Assembly: GCA_963663225.1 (NCBI GenBank)
Contig: OY760142.1
Location: 2,048,001-2,112,000 of the forward strand
Direction of reading: 5' to 3'
Source of the DNA: Nitrospirota bacterium
GTDB taxonomy: Bacteria; Nitrospirota; UBA9217
Length of the DNA: 64,000 nt
Shown here piece by piece: positions 10,007 to 19,230 of this stretch (position 1 is its first letter; each line of letters begins with the position of its first letter). Position numbers and translations under genes: made by a program. Below the pieces are notes generated by a model. That model searched no databases and was not told the DNA's origin. It saw nothing but the letters and a program-made list of their open reading frames with translations.

Positions 10007-10022
10007 GCAGGAAAAATAACGA

Positions 10023-10865
10023 ATGAATTTTCCAAACATTGTTTGTCCATATGACCAGAACCTTTTACAGCGGCTGAAAGGGTATGGAATTGTCGTCCGT
10101 GTTTCCGGTCCGTCAGAGATCATACAGGCAGCGGCCGCGTCAAAGGCCTCAACACGCAACAACCTGCTGAATGTTATCGTCGAATCACGGGAGGCGATGG
10201 ATGCTTTCAAGTTTCAGGATGAATGGCTCGGTATTCCTCTCGCTCTTTTTTTCCCAGAAATGGGAAAGTTCCGCAAATTGGGGGAAAAACTGGAGCAGAT
10301 CCGAAAACTAAAGGCCCATATTTATCTCCCGGCTGAACGTGATGAAAATCTTACTTCCTGCCGGATCCTGTCTTCACTGGGGATCACTTCCTGCCTTGCC
10401 TTCTCACAAGACAAGGCTCCAAACTGGGACTCCCTGGCGGACCTTATGACCTACGCGGTTTTTGGATCTGTCGCGCATGCCCCTCTGGAACCGTTTGCGC
10501 ATATCCGCGGCAACTATGAAGCGAAACAATACGCGGACTGGGGCTCCGTCTGTTTTGATAATCCGCGCGGATATCTGCACGTCGATGCACGGGGGCGCGT
10601 GGCACTTTCGAAGGATGAACTCGCACAGGGAATATTCATAGCCGATGATATTGCGAAGCTGAAAAATCCAATGGATTGCCCGGAATACGCGGAGCGGACG
10701 AATGTTCGGAAGCGTTTTTTTCTGGAGGACCATCCATGCACACGGTGCGAAGGATGGAAGGTCTGCTTGGGGAATTTTATGCGCGACGGAAAGCCTGTCG
10801 ATGGCTGCAGGGAGTTCTGCCGCGAGCTGCTGGTAGCGCTGGAGCAAAAAAAGCAGACCCAGTGA
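10023..10865 (+). CDS. Hypothetical protein with SPASM-like Cys tail but no radical SAM motif (possible degenerate radical SAM partner)
   Basis: No CxxxCxxC; C-terminal CTRCEGWKVCLG...GCREFC; short spacing to both neighbours. Confidence 0.65.
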   Translation: MNFPNIVCPYDQNLLQRLKGYGIVVRVSGPSEIIQAAAASKASTRNNLLNVIVESREAMDAFKFQDEWLGIPLALFFPEMGKFRKLGEKLEQIRKLKAHIYLPAERDENLTSCRILSSLGITSCLAFSQDKAPNWDSLADLMTYAVFGSVAHAPLEPFAHIRGNYEAKQYADWGSVCFDNPRGYLHVDARGRVALSKDELAQGIFIADDIAKLKNPMDCPEYAERTNVRKRFFLEDHPCTRCEGWKVCLGNFMRDGKPVDGCREFCRELLVALEQKKQTQ

Positions 10866-10887
10866 CCGTGACTAAAAGAGGTTTGAC

Positions 10888-12009
10888 GTGACGACGGTAA
10901 TTTTCAAAGCGACCGAAGAATGCAATTCACGATGCGCGTACTGCGCCGTGGTGCGCAAAAACCACCTGGGCCCCACCATTATGCCCGCTGAAACGCTCGA
11001 ACGGTTTTTTGTCCGTGTCAACGCTTATCTGTCGGAACGACCTGAGGACCACCTGAAGATCATCTGGCATGGTGGAGAACCGCTGACTTTGGGGCCTGAC
11101 TATTTTTACCGCGCTCTGGAACTGCAGCAGAAACACTGCGCCGACACCTGCGGACAGATCACGCATGAGATGCAGAGCAATCTTACGCTGTTCTCGCGAA
11201 AATTCACGGATGTGTTCCGAAAAATGGGGATCACCTCATTCGGCACCAGTTACGATCCCCGTCCCGGCATCAGGGGGCCCGGAAAAACGCCAGACACAAG
11301 GGAGTATAACAGGCGGTTTCTGGATGCGCTCGCCCTCCTGGAAGAGGAAGGCTTCACGTGGGGCGTCATCTATGTGGTGACGAAGCAATCACTCCAAAAT
11401 CCTCTGGAGATTTTCCGCCTGCTTACGAACATCAATCCGGCAGGGTCTGTTATGTTCAATCCGGTGACGTTCTACAAAACAAACCCTGTGGACCTGGCCA
11501 TTACTGCGGAAGAGTTCGCCGATTTTCTCGGAGCGCTGTTTCCGTACTGGTGGGAAAATCACAACCGGTTCTCCGGTGTCGAGCCGTTTTACTCCCTGAA
11601 GCAGAACATCCTTGAGGGGGACGAGACCCTGATCTGCACCTATTCAGGAAAATGCGGAGAGACACATTTTAATGTCGGGCCGAGTGGCGCGGTCTCGCAG
11701 TGCGGCCGTTCCGCCGACTGGGGACTGATGGACAACGGATCGATCCATGAGCGGTCCCTTAGTGAAATCATGGCCGATCCGCGAAAACAGTCACTCCTGA
11801 AGCGAGCCGAGGTCTTGATAGGAGTGGACTGCGGCGGCTGCCGGTTCTGGAACATCTGCCACGGCGGATGCCCGCTCGACGCCCTGGCGGAGCAGGGAAC
11901 GATCATGCGCAAATCTCCTTCGTGCTGCATCAACAGAAAAGGATTTATAGAAAAATATTTCGAGCCGATTACCGGCATGCGCTATCGGGCGCGCGAGATA
12001 GAGTCATGA
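10888..12009 (+). CDS. Radical SAM/SPASM peptide maturase (anSME/cyclophane-synthase-like)
   Basis: KATEECNSRCAYC, WHGGEPL, MQSN, SPASM CTYSGKC...QCG...CGGCRFWNICHGGCP...CC; GTG start with GAGG RBS. Confidence 0.9.
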   Translation: MTTVIFKATEECNSRCAYCAVVRKNHLGPTIMPAETLERFFVRVNAYLSERPEDHLKIIWHGGEPLTLGPDYFYRALELQQKHCADTCGQITHEMQSNLTLFSRKFTDVFRKMGITSFGTSYDPRPGIRGPGKTPDTREYNRRFLDALALLEEEGFTWGVIYVVTKQSLQNPLEIFRLLTNINPAGSVMFNPVTFYKTNPVDLAITAEEFADFLGALFPYWWENHNRFSGVEPFYSLKQNILEGDETLICTYSGKCGETHFNVGPSGAVSQCGRSADWGLMDNGSIHERSLSEIMADPRKQSLLKRAEVLIGVDCGGCRFWNICHGGCPLDALAEQGTIMRKSPSCCINRKGFIEKYFEPITGMRYRAREIES

Positions 12010-12136
12010 ATGGAGCCAGACGATCAACCAGCCGTGCCTGTCGTTCCATGTCTTGTTCTTTTTCTTGTACTGGGTTCAGGTGCATATGCCCAGACTAGGT
12101 AGGATGCTGGTGCCATTCTCGACCAGGGAGAAAACT

Positions 12137-15100
12137 ATGAGCCGAACGCAGAATAAGGCGCTGCTTATTTTTGTTTGTACTATCGCAATCCTGCTTTGGA
12201 GCGAGACGTCCTTTTCGCAGAGCAAGGACGAGGCCGAGCGGCTTTGGGAACTCGGGGAAAAGGCATTTGCGGCCCAGAAGCACCAGGAGGCGCGTACGTA
12301 TTACGAGCAATCCCTTGCACTCTGCCGGCAGAGCAACAACCGAGAAGGCATTGCATCCAACCTGAACGGCCTCGGTGAGGTATATGAGGCACTGGGTGAT
12401 TTCAGAAAAGCGCTTTCGTATTATGAAGATGCCGTCAACACCGCGCGACAAATCAATCACAAGGACCTTATTGCGACGAACCTGTTCAATGCGGCATCAA
12501 TCTACAGTTCCGACCTTCACCAATACGACAAGGCAATGCAGCTTTTTGAAGAGTCTCTCAGGATGTTCAGGGAGCTGAACAACAAGGAAAGCACGGCCAT
12601 CGTACTGTTTAATACGGCCAAGACTTTGCAGTCCCTGGGGCGGTATGAGCAGGCGCTGTCCCTGTTCAATGAGTCCCTCAGGCTGAACCGGGAGCTAAAG
12701 AGCTTGCCGGGCATTGCGGGCAATCTTAACCTGATCGGCAATGTATACGCGCGCCTCGGGCAGTATGACAAACCGTTGCCGCTCCATGAAGAGGCGCTCA
12801 GGATAAACAGGCAACTGGCCGATCAGAAGGAGATCGCATTGACCCTTAGGAACATCGGTGATGCGTACGTCGATCTTCTTGAATACGAGAAGGCATTTTC
12901 CTATTACGAACAGGCGCTGGCAATCCAGAAAAAACAGAATATGAGGGCCGATCTCTCAATAACCCTGACCAACATGGGGGCACTGTATCAAGCCCTCGGC
13001 CGGTACGACAGGGCTCTCGCGGCATACCGAGAGTCCCTTGCCGTCAGCAGGGAAACGGATAATCGCCCCGAGATCGCGACCATCCTGAACAACATCGGCC
13101 ACACCTATGCATCGCTCGGTAAATCGGACGAAGCCCTTTCCTATTATCAGCAGGCGCTGGCGATCGAAAAACAGTTGAACAGGCCGCAGAGGGCAGCGAT
13201 TGTGTACAATAACATCGGCATGGAGCAGTTCCGCAGCGGGCAATATGAACAGGCTCTGTCTCATCTCCAGGAAGCGCTCAGGATCAGCAGACAATTGAAC
13301 ATGGTGCATGATATTACGCTCCGGTTGAACAATATCGGAGCGGTTTACCTGCGGCAGAAAAAATACCGTGAAGCGGAGGAGGTATTCCTCGAGAGAAAGG
13401 CGTTGCAGGCGAAGATTCCGAAGATCAGACTGGTGCATCCTGGCCTGGAGGAACTCTATCTTATCCGGAAACAATATGATGCGGCGCTGGCGCTGCTGGA
13501 GGATCCCGGCAGAAAGCCGACCTGGCGGTCAAACAGCGCCTATTCTCTCGAATATTACACGCATTATGGCGCGGCATTGAAAGGCAGGCTCCGGTATCGG
13601 GAAGCAGCGCAGGCACTGGAGCAGGCGGTTTCCCTGTCGGAAGAGATGCGGCTGAGGGCAGGTGAGCAGAAGAGCTTTTTTGCGGGAGGGGGGTATATCG
13701 GCCGGCTGCGTCCTCACCGCCTGCTTTCGGCAGTGCTTGCGGAACGGTCAATGAGCGGTGAACGATCCGATGCGCAGTTCGCATCCTACGGAAAGGATTT
13801 GGCGTCGGGCGCCTTCTCCGTTGCGGAACTGACGAGGGCAAGAACTCTTCTCGAAACAATGGCGGCTGCCGCGAGAAAGCAGGATAATTCGGAGCTGCCG
13901 GTTGAAATAAAGAACCGGGAAAAGTCGCTCTTCACCGCCTGGGAGGAAATCGAAAAACGGTGGGAAGCGGAGTACCAAAAAGGCGAGGCCGCCGTCAGGC
14001 GTCTCCAGAAGGAAAAAGAAAACCTGAAACGCGAAATCGACTCCCATATTGCAATGGTCAGAACAGCCTACCCGAAATATGCGGCGCTCAATTATCCAAA
14101 TCCGGACCCGGCAAACGAACTGCCACTCAAGGACCAGGAAATCCTGATCGAATATGCACTTCATGAAGACGGCGGTTATATTTTTACGGTAAGAAAAGGC
14201 GGCATACAACGAATTACCAGAATATCAATGAGTACCGAGCAGTTAACAGAGCGGATCGGGCGGTTTATGGAGGCCGTCGGAGCGGAACAAGGGAGAGGAT
14301 TTTCCATGACCCTGGCAAAAGAATTGTATGATGTTTTGTTCGCGCCGGTGGCCGCTGACGTGAAGACCGCTGATACGGTCGTTATTGTGCCGGACGGCAT
14401 CCTTGGCCTGTTGCCGTTTGAAGCCCTGGTCATGGAAACCGGCAAAAATTATACGGACAGTGTGTATGTTGGAGACCGCTACGCCATCACCTATTCCCAG
14501 TCGGCATCCGCCCTCGCACTCGGGCGGATGAGGAGCCCTTCCGGAGCGGTAAAACCGCTGTTCGCTATTGGCAACCCCGTTTTCAGCAAACAGGATCCCC
14601 GCTACATAGCGTATAAACAAGGAAAAGCCCAGCCAACACCGGCATCTCTGGCGCAAGGCGATTATGCATACAGAGCAGTTACCGTTGTACCGAAAAACGT
14701 CACAGCATCTTCTTCCGACGGGTGGGAAGAGATTGTGTTTAATCCGCTCCCGGAGACAGAGGACGAAGTAAGGGCAATTGCCGGTCTCTATAGCGTGCCG
14801 CCATTGCCGCCTGATATTCTTTTGAACATGGCAGCCACCAAGGGCAACGTGAAAAAAGCTCCTTTGAAGCAATACCGCTATCTCCATTTTGCCACGCACG
14901 CCGATCTGCCGGGGAAAGTGCAGGGAATAACAGAGCCGTTTCTGATTCTGGGGCAGGTGGAAAACGAAGGCAAGGATAACGGATTCCTGACGTTGAGCAA
15001 CGTGCTGGATCTCGGGCTTGACGCGGACATGGTGGTTTTGTCGGCATGCATGACCGGAAAGGGCAAAATCATGGAGGGAGAAGGGGTGACCAGTTTTGCA

Positions 15101-15313
15101 AGGGCGTTTTTGCATGCCGGAACCCGCAGTGTGATCGTGAGTTTGTGGGAGGTCGCGTCCCGCCAGACTGTCGAATATATGGAAGCATTTTACGGCGGCC
15201 TTAAAGCGGGCGGGACCAAAGCTGAAGCCTTGAAAAATGCCCGCAGTGTGATAAAATCCAAATATCCGGAACCCTATTTCTGGTCCGCCTTTATTTTGCA
15301 CGGAGAACGATAA
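12137..15313 (+). CDS. Secreted TPR-repeat CHAT-domain (caspase-like) protease
   Basis: Signal peptide MSRTQNKALLIFVC...; many TPRs (LNNIG...YxxAL); CHAT motifs IVPDGILGLLPFEAL, LHFATH (His), VLSAC (Cys), PYFWSAF; start set by AGGGAG RBS. Confidence 0.92.
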   Translation: MSRTQNKALLIFVCTIAILLWSETSFSQSKDEAERLWELGEKAFAAQKHQEARTYYEQSLALCRQSNNREGIASNLNGLGEVYEALGDFRKALSYYEDAVNTARQINHKDLIATNLFNAASIYSSDLHQYDKAMQLFEESLRMFRELNNKESTAIVLFNTAKTLQSLGRYEQALSLFNESLRLNRELKSLPGIAGNLNLIGNVYARLGQYDKPLPLHEEALRINRQLADQKEIALTLRNIGDAYVDLLEYEKAFSYYEQALAIQKKQNMRADLSITLTNMGALYQALGRYDRALAAYRESLAVSRETDNRPEIATILNNIGHTYASLGKSDEALSYYQQALAIEKQLNRPQRAAIVYNNIGMEQFRSGQYEQALSHLQEALRISRQLNMVHDITLRLNNIGAVYLRQKKYREAEEVFLERKALQAKIPKIRLVHPGLEELYLIRKQYDAALALLEDPGRKPTWRSNSAYSLEYYTHYGAALKGRLRYREAAQALEQAVSLSEEMRLRAGEQKSFFAGGGYIGRLRPHRLLSAVLAERSMSGERSDAQFASYGKDLASGAFSVAELTRARTLLETMAAAARKQDNSELPVEIKNREKSLFTAWEEIEKRWEAEYQKGEAAVRRLQKEKENLKREIDSHIAMVRTAYPKYAALNYPNPDPANELPLKDQEILIEYALHEDGGYIFTVRKGGIQRITRISMSTEQLTERIGRFMEAVGAEQGRGFSMTLAKELYDVLFAPVAADVKTADTVVIVPDGILGLLPFEALVMETGKNYTDSVYVGDRYAITYSQSASALALGRMRSPSGAVKPLFAIGNPVFSKQDPRYIAYKQGKAQPTPASLAQGDYAYRAVTVVPKNVTASSSDGWEEIVFNPLPETEDEVRAIAGLYSVPPLPPDILLNMAATKGNVKKAPLKQYRYLHFATHADLPGKVQGITEPFLILGQVENEGKDNGFLTLSNVLDLGLDADMVVLSACMTGKGKIMEGEGVTSFARAFLHAGTRSVIVSLWEVASRQTVEYMEAFYGGLKAGGTKAEALKNARSVIKSKYPEPYFWSAFILHGER

Positions 15314-15380
15314 TGCGAGGCGATTGCATCAGCATTCCTGCCGATGCGACGTTCTGTTTCAATGATCCAGGAGGACAAGC

Positions 15381-16244
15381 ATGAATAAATTTTTTATTGC
15401 GTTCCTGTTCCTTATTTTGTCGGCATCCGGTCTGCATGCGGTTCAGTCCACGATTACCGAAGCGGAAGGAACGGCGTGCATGGGAGACGACAAGTCCCGG
15501 AAGCAGACTGAAGAAGCGGCACTGACCGCGGCAAAGAAAAAGGCGGTGGAGTACGCCTCTACGTATGTCTCGAGCGAGACCACGGTGAAAAATTTCATTA
15601 CCGAAAAGGACTTTGTGTCCGCGTATGCGAACGCCTCAGTCAGGATTATTCAGGAACTGGAAAAATCCTGGTACAAGGACCCGGTGTCCGGCGATTGCTG
15701 CAAAACAAAGATCAAGGCGGAAGTGCTGCCGGATGAAAAATCGATGGCCCGACTTTCCAAGAGCTCCGCCGTGGCGGACGATCCTTCCGCTCCGCTGAAC
15801 ATAAAAGTATGGACGGACAAGAAGGAATACAAAAGCGGAGAAAAAATAAAAGTTTTTCTGAGAGGCAATAAACCGTTCTACGCGCGAATTCTGTATAAGG
15901 ACGCGGGAGGAGAATTGGTCCAGCTTCTGCCGAATCCCTATAGAAGCAGCACTTATTTCCACGGCGGCACTATTTATGAATTGCCTTCCGGTGATGACAA
16001 GTTCGATCTGGAAGTCGGCCCGCCTTTTGGCAGTGAGAATGTTGTTGTATACGCGAGCACGTCGCCCCTCGGTGAAATCAGTACCCAGACGCGAGGCGGC
16101 GTATATCAGATAAAAACACAGCCTAAAGATGTGGAAATGAAAACACGCGGCGTGGCGTTGGTGCAGAAACCTGAAGGAAAAGCTGGAACCGCCGCAGCAT
16201 CAGAATTTTTTGAAGAAAAAACAATAATAAAAACAACAAGATAA
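15381..16244 (+). CDS. Secreted DUF4384-like protein with N-terminal FlgT-N/LPP20-like domain
   Basis: Signal peptide; EAEGTAC...AALTAAKKKAVE; VWTDKKEYKSGE...LLPN...LEVGPPFGSE pattern. Confidence 0.7.
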   Translation: MNKFFIAFLFLILSASGLHAVQSTITEAEGTACMGDDKSRKQTEEAALTAAKKKAVEYASTYVSSETTVKNFITEKDFVSAYANASVRIIQELEKSWYKDPVSGDCCKTKIKAEVLPDEKSMARLSKSSAVADDPSAPLNIKVWTDKKEYKSGEKIKVFLRGNKPFYARILYKDAGGELVQLLPNPYRSSTYFHGGTIYELPSGDDKFDLEVGPPFGSENVVVYASTSPLGEISTQTRGGVYQIKTQPKDVEMKTRGVALVQKPEGKAGTAAASEFFEEKTIIKTTR

Positions 16245-16379
16245 GTTTCAGTACGGGAATGTTGATTATCCATAAAGGCACTTTTTCATGATGCACCGGT
16301 ACCGCGTTTTTATTTTTTTTCACAGTACCAGCAATTGTCATGCCTGAATATAATTATTGGTTTTTTTTAAATTATCAGC

Positions 16380-16408
16380 TTGACATGGTGTATGGAAAAA
16401 GGTATTCT
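16380..16408 (+). promoter_or_regulatory. Sigma70 promoter of the cold-shock gene
   Basis: TTGACA, 17 nt, TATTCT. Confidence 0.7.
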
Positions 16409-16464
16409 TTTATATCCGCGGATATGTCCCGGACAATTTCATTCAGATGCAGAGGAGAAACAGA

Positions 16465-16668
16465 ATGGCAAATGGTGTAGTGAAGTGGTTCAACAACAGC
16501 AAGGGGTTTGGGTTCATCACGCAGGAAAATGGTGAGGACGTATTTGTTCACTTTTCAGCAATCACGGGAGATGGATTCAAGTCTCTCAATGAGGGCGACA
16601 AGGTGACCTTCGAAGTTGTGAAGGGCCCCAAAGGACTTCAGGCCGCGAACGTTGCCAAAGTCTCCTAA
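16465..16668 (+). CDS. cspA: Cold-shock protein (CSD)
   Basis: [18 protein letters not shown]...DVFVHFSAI (RNP1/RNP2); GAGGAG RBS. Confidence 0.97.
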   Translation: MANGVVKWFNNSKGFGFITQENGEDVFVHFSAITGDGFKSLNEGDKVTFEVVKGPKGLQAANVAKVS

Positions 16669-16703
16669 TCCTGACTGAAAAAAATATCACGTACAACAAT
16701 TCC

Positions 16704-16734
16704 AAAAGCCCCGAAGCGATTCGGGGCTTTTTTT
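16704..16734 (+). terminator. Rho-independent terminator, likely bidirectional
   Basis: AAAAGCCCCGAA-GCGA-TTCGGGGCTTTTTTT. Confidence 0.9.
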
Positions 16735-16795
16735 ATGTGATTGGCTTCTCCTGGAAATAATTACGCAGGAACCGCCGAGTGTGATAATATTAGCA

Positions 16796-17335
16796 TTATT
16801 CTATTCCAACGCAGTATTTTTTCTTGAACGCTCTTACCATTTCCGGAAAGTTTTTAAAATGAGGATTAATATAAAATTTTTCGCCGTTCTCATCATAGTA
16901 TTGAATTGCCAAATCATAATGTTGGCATGATGATTTTTTATCGATATCATTTAAGGCATCGCCAAGGCCCATATGGCATTTCGCAATGCCATTTTTATTG
17001 CCAAGCTCTGTGAATAATTCAATAGCTTTTAAAAAATATTTTTCCGATTCACGCAAGTTTGGCGCTTTTGTCAATTTCCCTTTGTTAAAGGCAAATTTAT
17101 GATAATTGCCATACGTAGCATACGCTTCTGCCAATCCAGCTTTGTCGTCGCGTTGTTTAAATATTTCAATGGCACCAAGAATCAGCCTTTCTGCAGGAGT
17201 ATATCTTCCCTGATCCATTGCGTAGTATGAGTATTGTATTTTTTTATATGGATCTGAAGAATCTGGGATGCCAATTCCTGCGCACGCCATGATAACCATA
17301 GCTAATAAGCAAACAAAAAAAGTTTGTGACTTCAC
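16796..17335 (-). CDS. TPR-like lipoprotein, hypothetical
   Basis: Lipobox IMAC; helical repeats GLAEAYATYG and GIAKCHMGLG; AGGAGG RBS; AT-rich. Confidence 0.7.
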   Translation of the reverse strand: MKSQTFFVCLLAMVIMACAGIGIPDSSDPYKKIQYSYYAMDQGRYTPAERLILGAIEIFKQRDDKAGLAEAYATYGNYHKFAFNKGKLTKAPNLRESEKYFLKAIELFTELGNKNGIAKCHMGLGDALNDIDKKSSCQHYDLAIQYYDENGEKFYINPHFKNFPEMVRAFKKKYCVGIE

Positions 17336-17567
17336 TGTGATGCCTCCTTGAGTTAGAGCAGAGCAAAACCCGACAGATTTGGTTATAGTATCGGCACTCA
17401 GAATTATGAGCGACGATAAGACATAAAAGAGACATAGGTTTCATTTTATTCTACTTAACCGATTATCTAAGTGGACGACATGAGCGGAATGGGTAGCTGT
17501 CGCAAGAGAAGTTTCAACCTTTATAATAACTAGTCGATCTGTTCAGCTTTTAACTATTCATACACAT

Positions 17568-18266
17568 TCAGTTAACAGTGATTGAAGCATAGTTGCAACC
17601 AAAGATGAGCAAACCGGACGAACTGTCGGCATTGGACATGGGTGCGGCTGAAACAATACATACGAGCACCAGACGATTCCCCGCTGTTAAGTTAGAAACA
17701 TAATAAACTGTCGTTCCCATGGAAATCGCGCGGAGGCCGTTATTTGAGGGCCAAACGAGCGGACCGTTGGGATCAGTCGCGTCTAGTACTCCCAGAGCGT
17801 AAATTGCATTTGCGGTTGGCGTTCCGCCTGACCAGGTTACAGGATATGTGGTGTTTGTATTCCATGTTGTTCCTGTAGATAAGGATATTGTTGGATAGGA
17901 GATAAATTGAGTGCCTGAAGCAGTATAGGTGACGCCTCCGAATGTCACGCTGACATTAACAACTCCTCCAAAGGGAACGGTGACATTTCCTTCATATTCC
18001 TGGCGGGAATTATCGTACGTTAAAGTTACTCCATTCATGACCACCGTAGCGGTAGTTATGTTGGTACCGGCAGCATCTTGCACCGAAGCCATTGCGTTCT
18101 TGAAATTAGCTGGAGCCCCACCCACAGGAAAACTGAATATTGCGGCATTAACAGAAGGGAGGGCAGTTCCTCCCGTGCTATTTCCGCCTCCTCCGCAACC
18201 GTTTAGTACGAGACTGAAAATGCCGACCAAAATAATTCCTGTGGAAATTCTGAACAGACTTTTCAT
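17568..18266 (-). CDS. Beta-rich lipoprotein, hypothetical
   Basis: Lipobox LNGC-GGGG; Thr/Val-rich body; AGGAGG RBS before MKSLF. Confidence 0.7.
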   Translation of the reverse strand: MKSLFRISTGIILVGIFSLVLNGCGGGGNSTGGTALPSVNAAIFSFPVGGAPANFKNAMASVQDAAGTNITTATVVMNGVTLTYDNSRQEYEGNVTVPFGGVVNVSVTFGGVTYTASGTQFISYPTISLSTGTTWNTNTTYPVTWSGGTPTANAIYALGVLDATDPNGPLVWPSNNGLRAISMGTTVYYVSNLTAGNRLVLVCIVSAAPMSNADSSSGLLIFGCNYASITVN

Positions 18267-18346
18267 TTTGCCTTCCTCCTGGACAATATTTTGTGCAAGC
18301 ATATTGGAATCAGGTTGTTTTCATAGATATAATGATGTAAAAGTAT

Positions 18347-18769
18347 TTAGTTTCCAGTCGTAAAAGAAAACGTATAGGTGTCCAGCATATTTCCGGATAA
18401 GTCAGTAAAACTAAAATTCCTATTTGCAGGATTCAATGTAAAAGTAATTGGTGTGTTTGGCGATAAATCAGAACTGGAATTGTCTCTTGAAAGGAATAAA
18501 GTTGTCTTGTCGCTTGACCATTGAACGGGGGTAGTGTTCGATAAAGCCCAACCCCCTGATGTGTTGACACTTACCGCTCCTGTCATCGCTTCACTGAACA
18601 CTATTTGAATTTGCTGGGTATTCCGTGCTACGCCCGTTGAACCATTTGCAGGAACGGTCGATACAACATATGGTTTTGTCGTATCACTATTTGCAGCCCC
18701 GCCACATCCGGTAATAGTCCAAAGAGCGGCAATGAATATCCACACAAAAATTGTTCGATTTATTTTCAT
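18347..18769 (-). CDS. Lipoprotein with bacterial Ig-like (Big_5) domain
   Basis: ITGC lipobox; DTTKPYVVSTVPANG...IVFSEAM...DLSGN...FSFTT. Confidence 0.82.
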   Translation of the reverse strand: MKINRTIFVWIFIAALWTITGCGGAANSDTTKPYVVSTVPANGSTGVARNTQQIQIVFSEAMTGAVSVNTSGGWALSNTTPVQWSSDKTTLFLSRDNSSSDLSPNTPITFTLNPANRNFSFTDLSGNMLDTYTFSFTTGN

Positions 18770-18997
18770 ATGATCTCCTTGGTAATAACCTGCGCTTCAG
18801 AAGCTGTTGTTATATAAGGGGTAAAATGATAAGTAACGTAGGTTGGGCTGTACGTTTCATGTAAAGCCCAACGCATCTGTAATTGAAAGATGTTGGGCAA
18901 GTTTACCCTTTTGCCCAACCTACGCACTTATGATCTCCTTGGCAATAGCCTGCACTTCAGAAGTAGTTGTTGTGTAAGGGGTAAAACGATAAGTTAC
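18769..18997. repeat. 69-bp imperfect direct repeat (18769-18837 and 18929-18997)
   Basis: 60 of 69 positions identical by manual alignment; contains the AAGGAG RBS of the Ig-like gene on the minus strand. Confidence 0.92.
18838..18923. repeat. GTAG-type REP doublet (inverted pair)
   Basis: GTAGGTTGGGCT...AGCCCAAC...GTTGGGCAA...TTGCCCAACCTAC; same family at 58734 and 59579. Confidence 0.85.
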
Positions 18998-19176
18998 AAA
19001 GGGAAGCTTTTCGGTAGACTATAGAAAAAAGAAAGGCATTGCAAGAAGAAAATACGAAAGTATTCGTGCATTAAATTGCATTTTATAACATTTTTTTATG
19101 AGTGCCAGAAGAAGATTTATTTTGTGCCGTTGCCAATTAGCAAAGGCTTAAAGAAAAATTCGCAGCATGTAGAAAT

Positions 19177-19204
19177 AAAAAAAGCGCCTCATGTCTGAGG
19201 CGCC
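19177..19204 (-). terminator. Rho-independent terminator of the helicase gene
   Basis: Minus strand GCGCCTCA-GACA-TGAGGCGC followed by a T tract. Confidence 0.85.
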
Positions 19205-19230
19205 ATGTAATTTATTCTATAGTAGTGGAG

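Noticed and set aside
8981-10210. Long antisense ORFs (this one, and e.g. 14243-15301, 38590-39639, 46639-48009)
   Set aside because: Shadow frames of well-supported genes on the opposite strand, with no motifs
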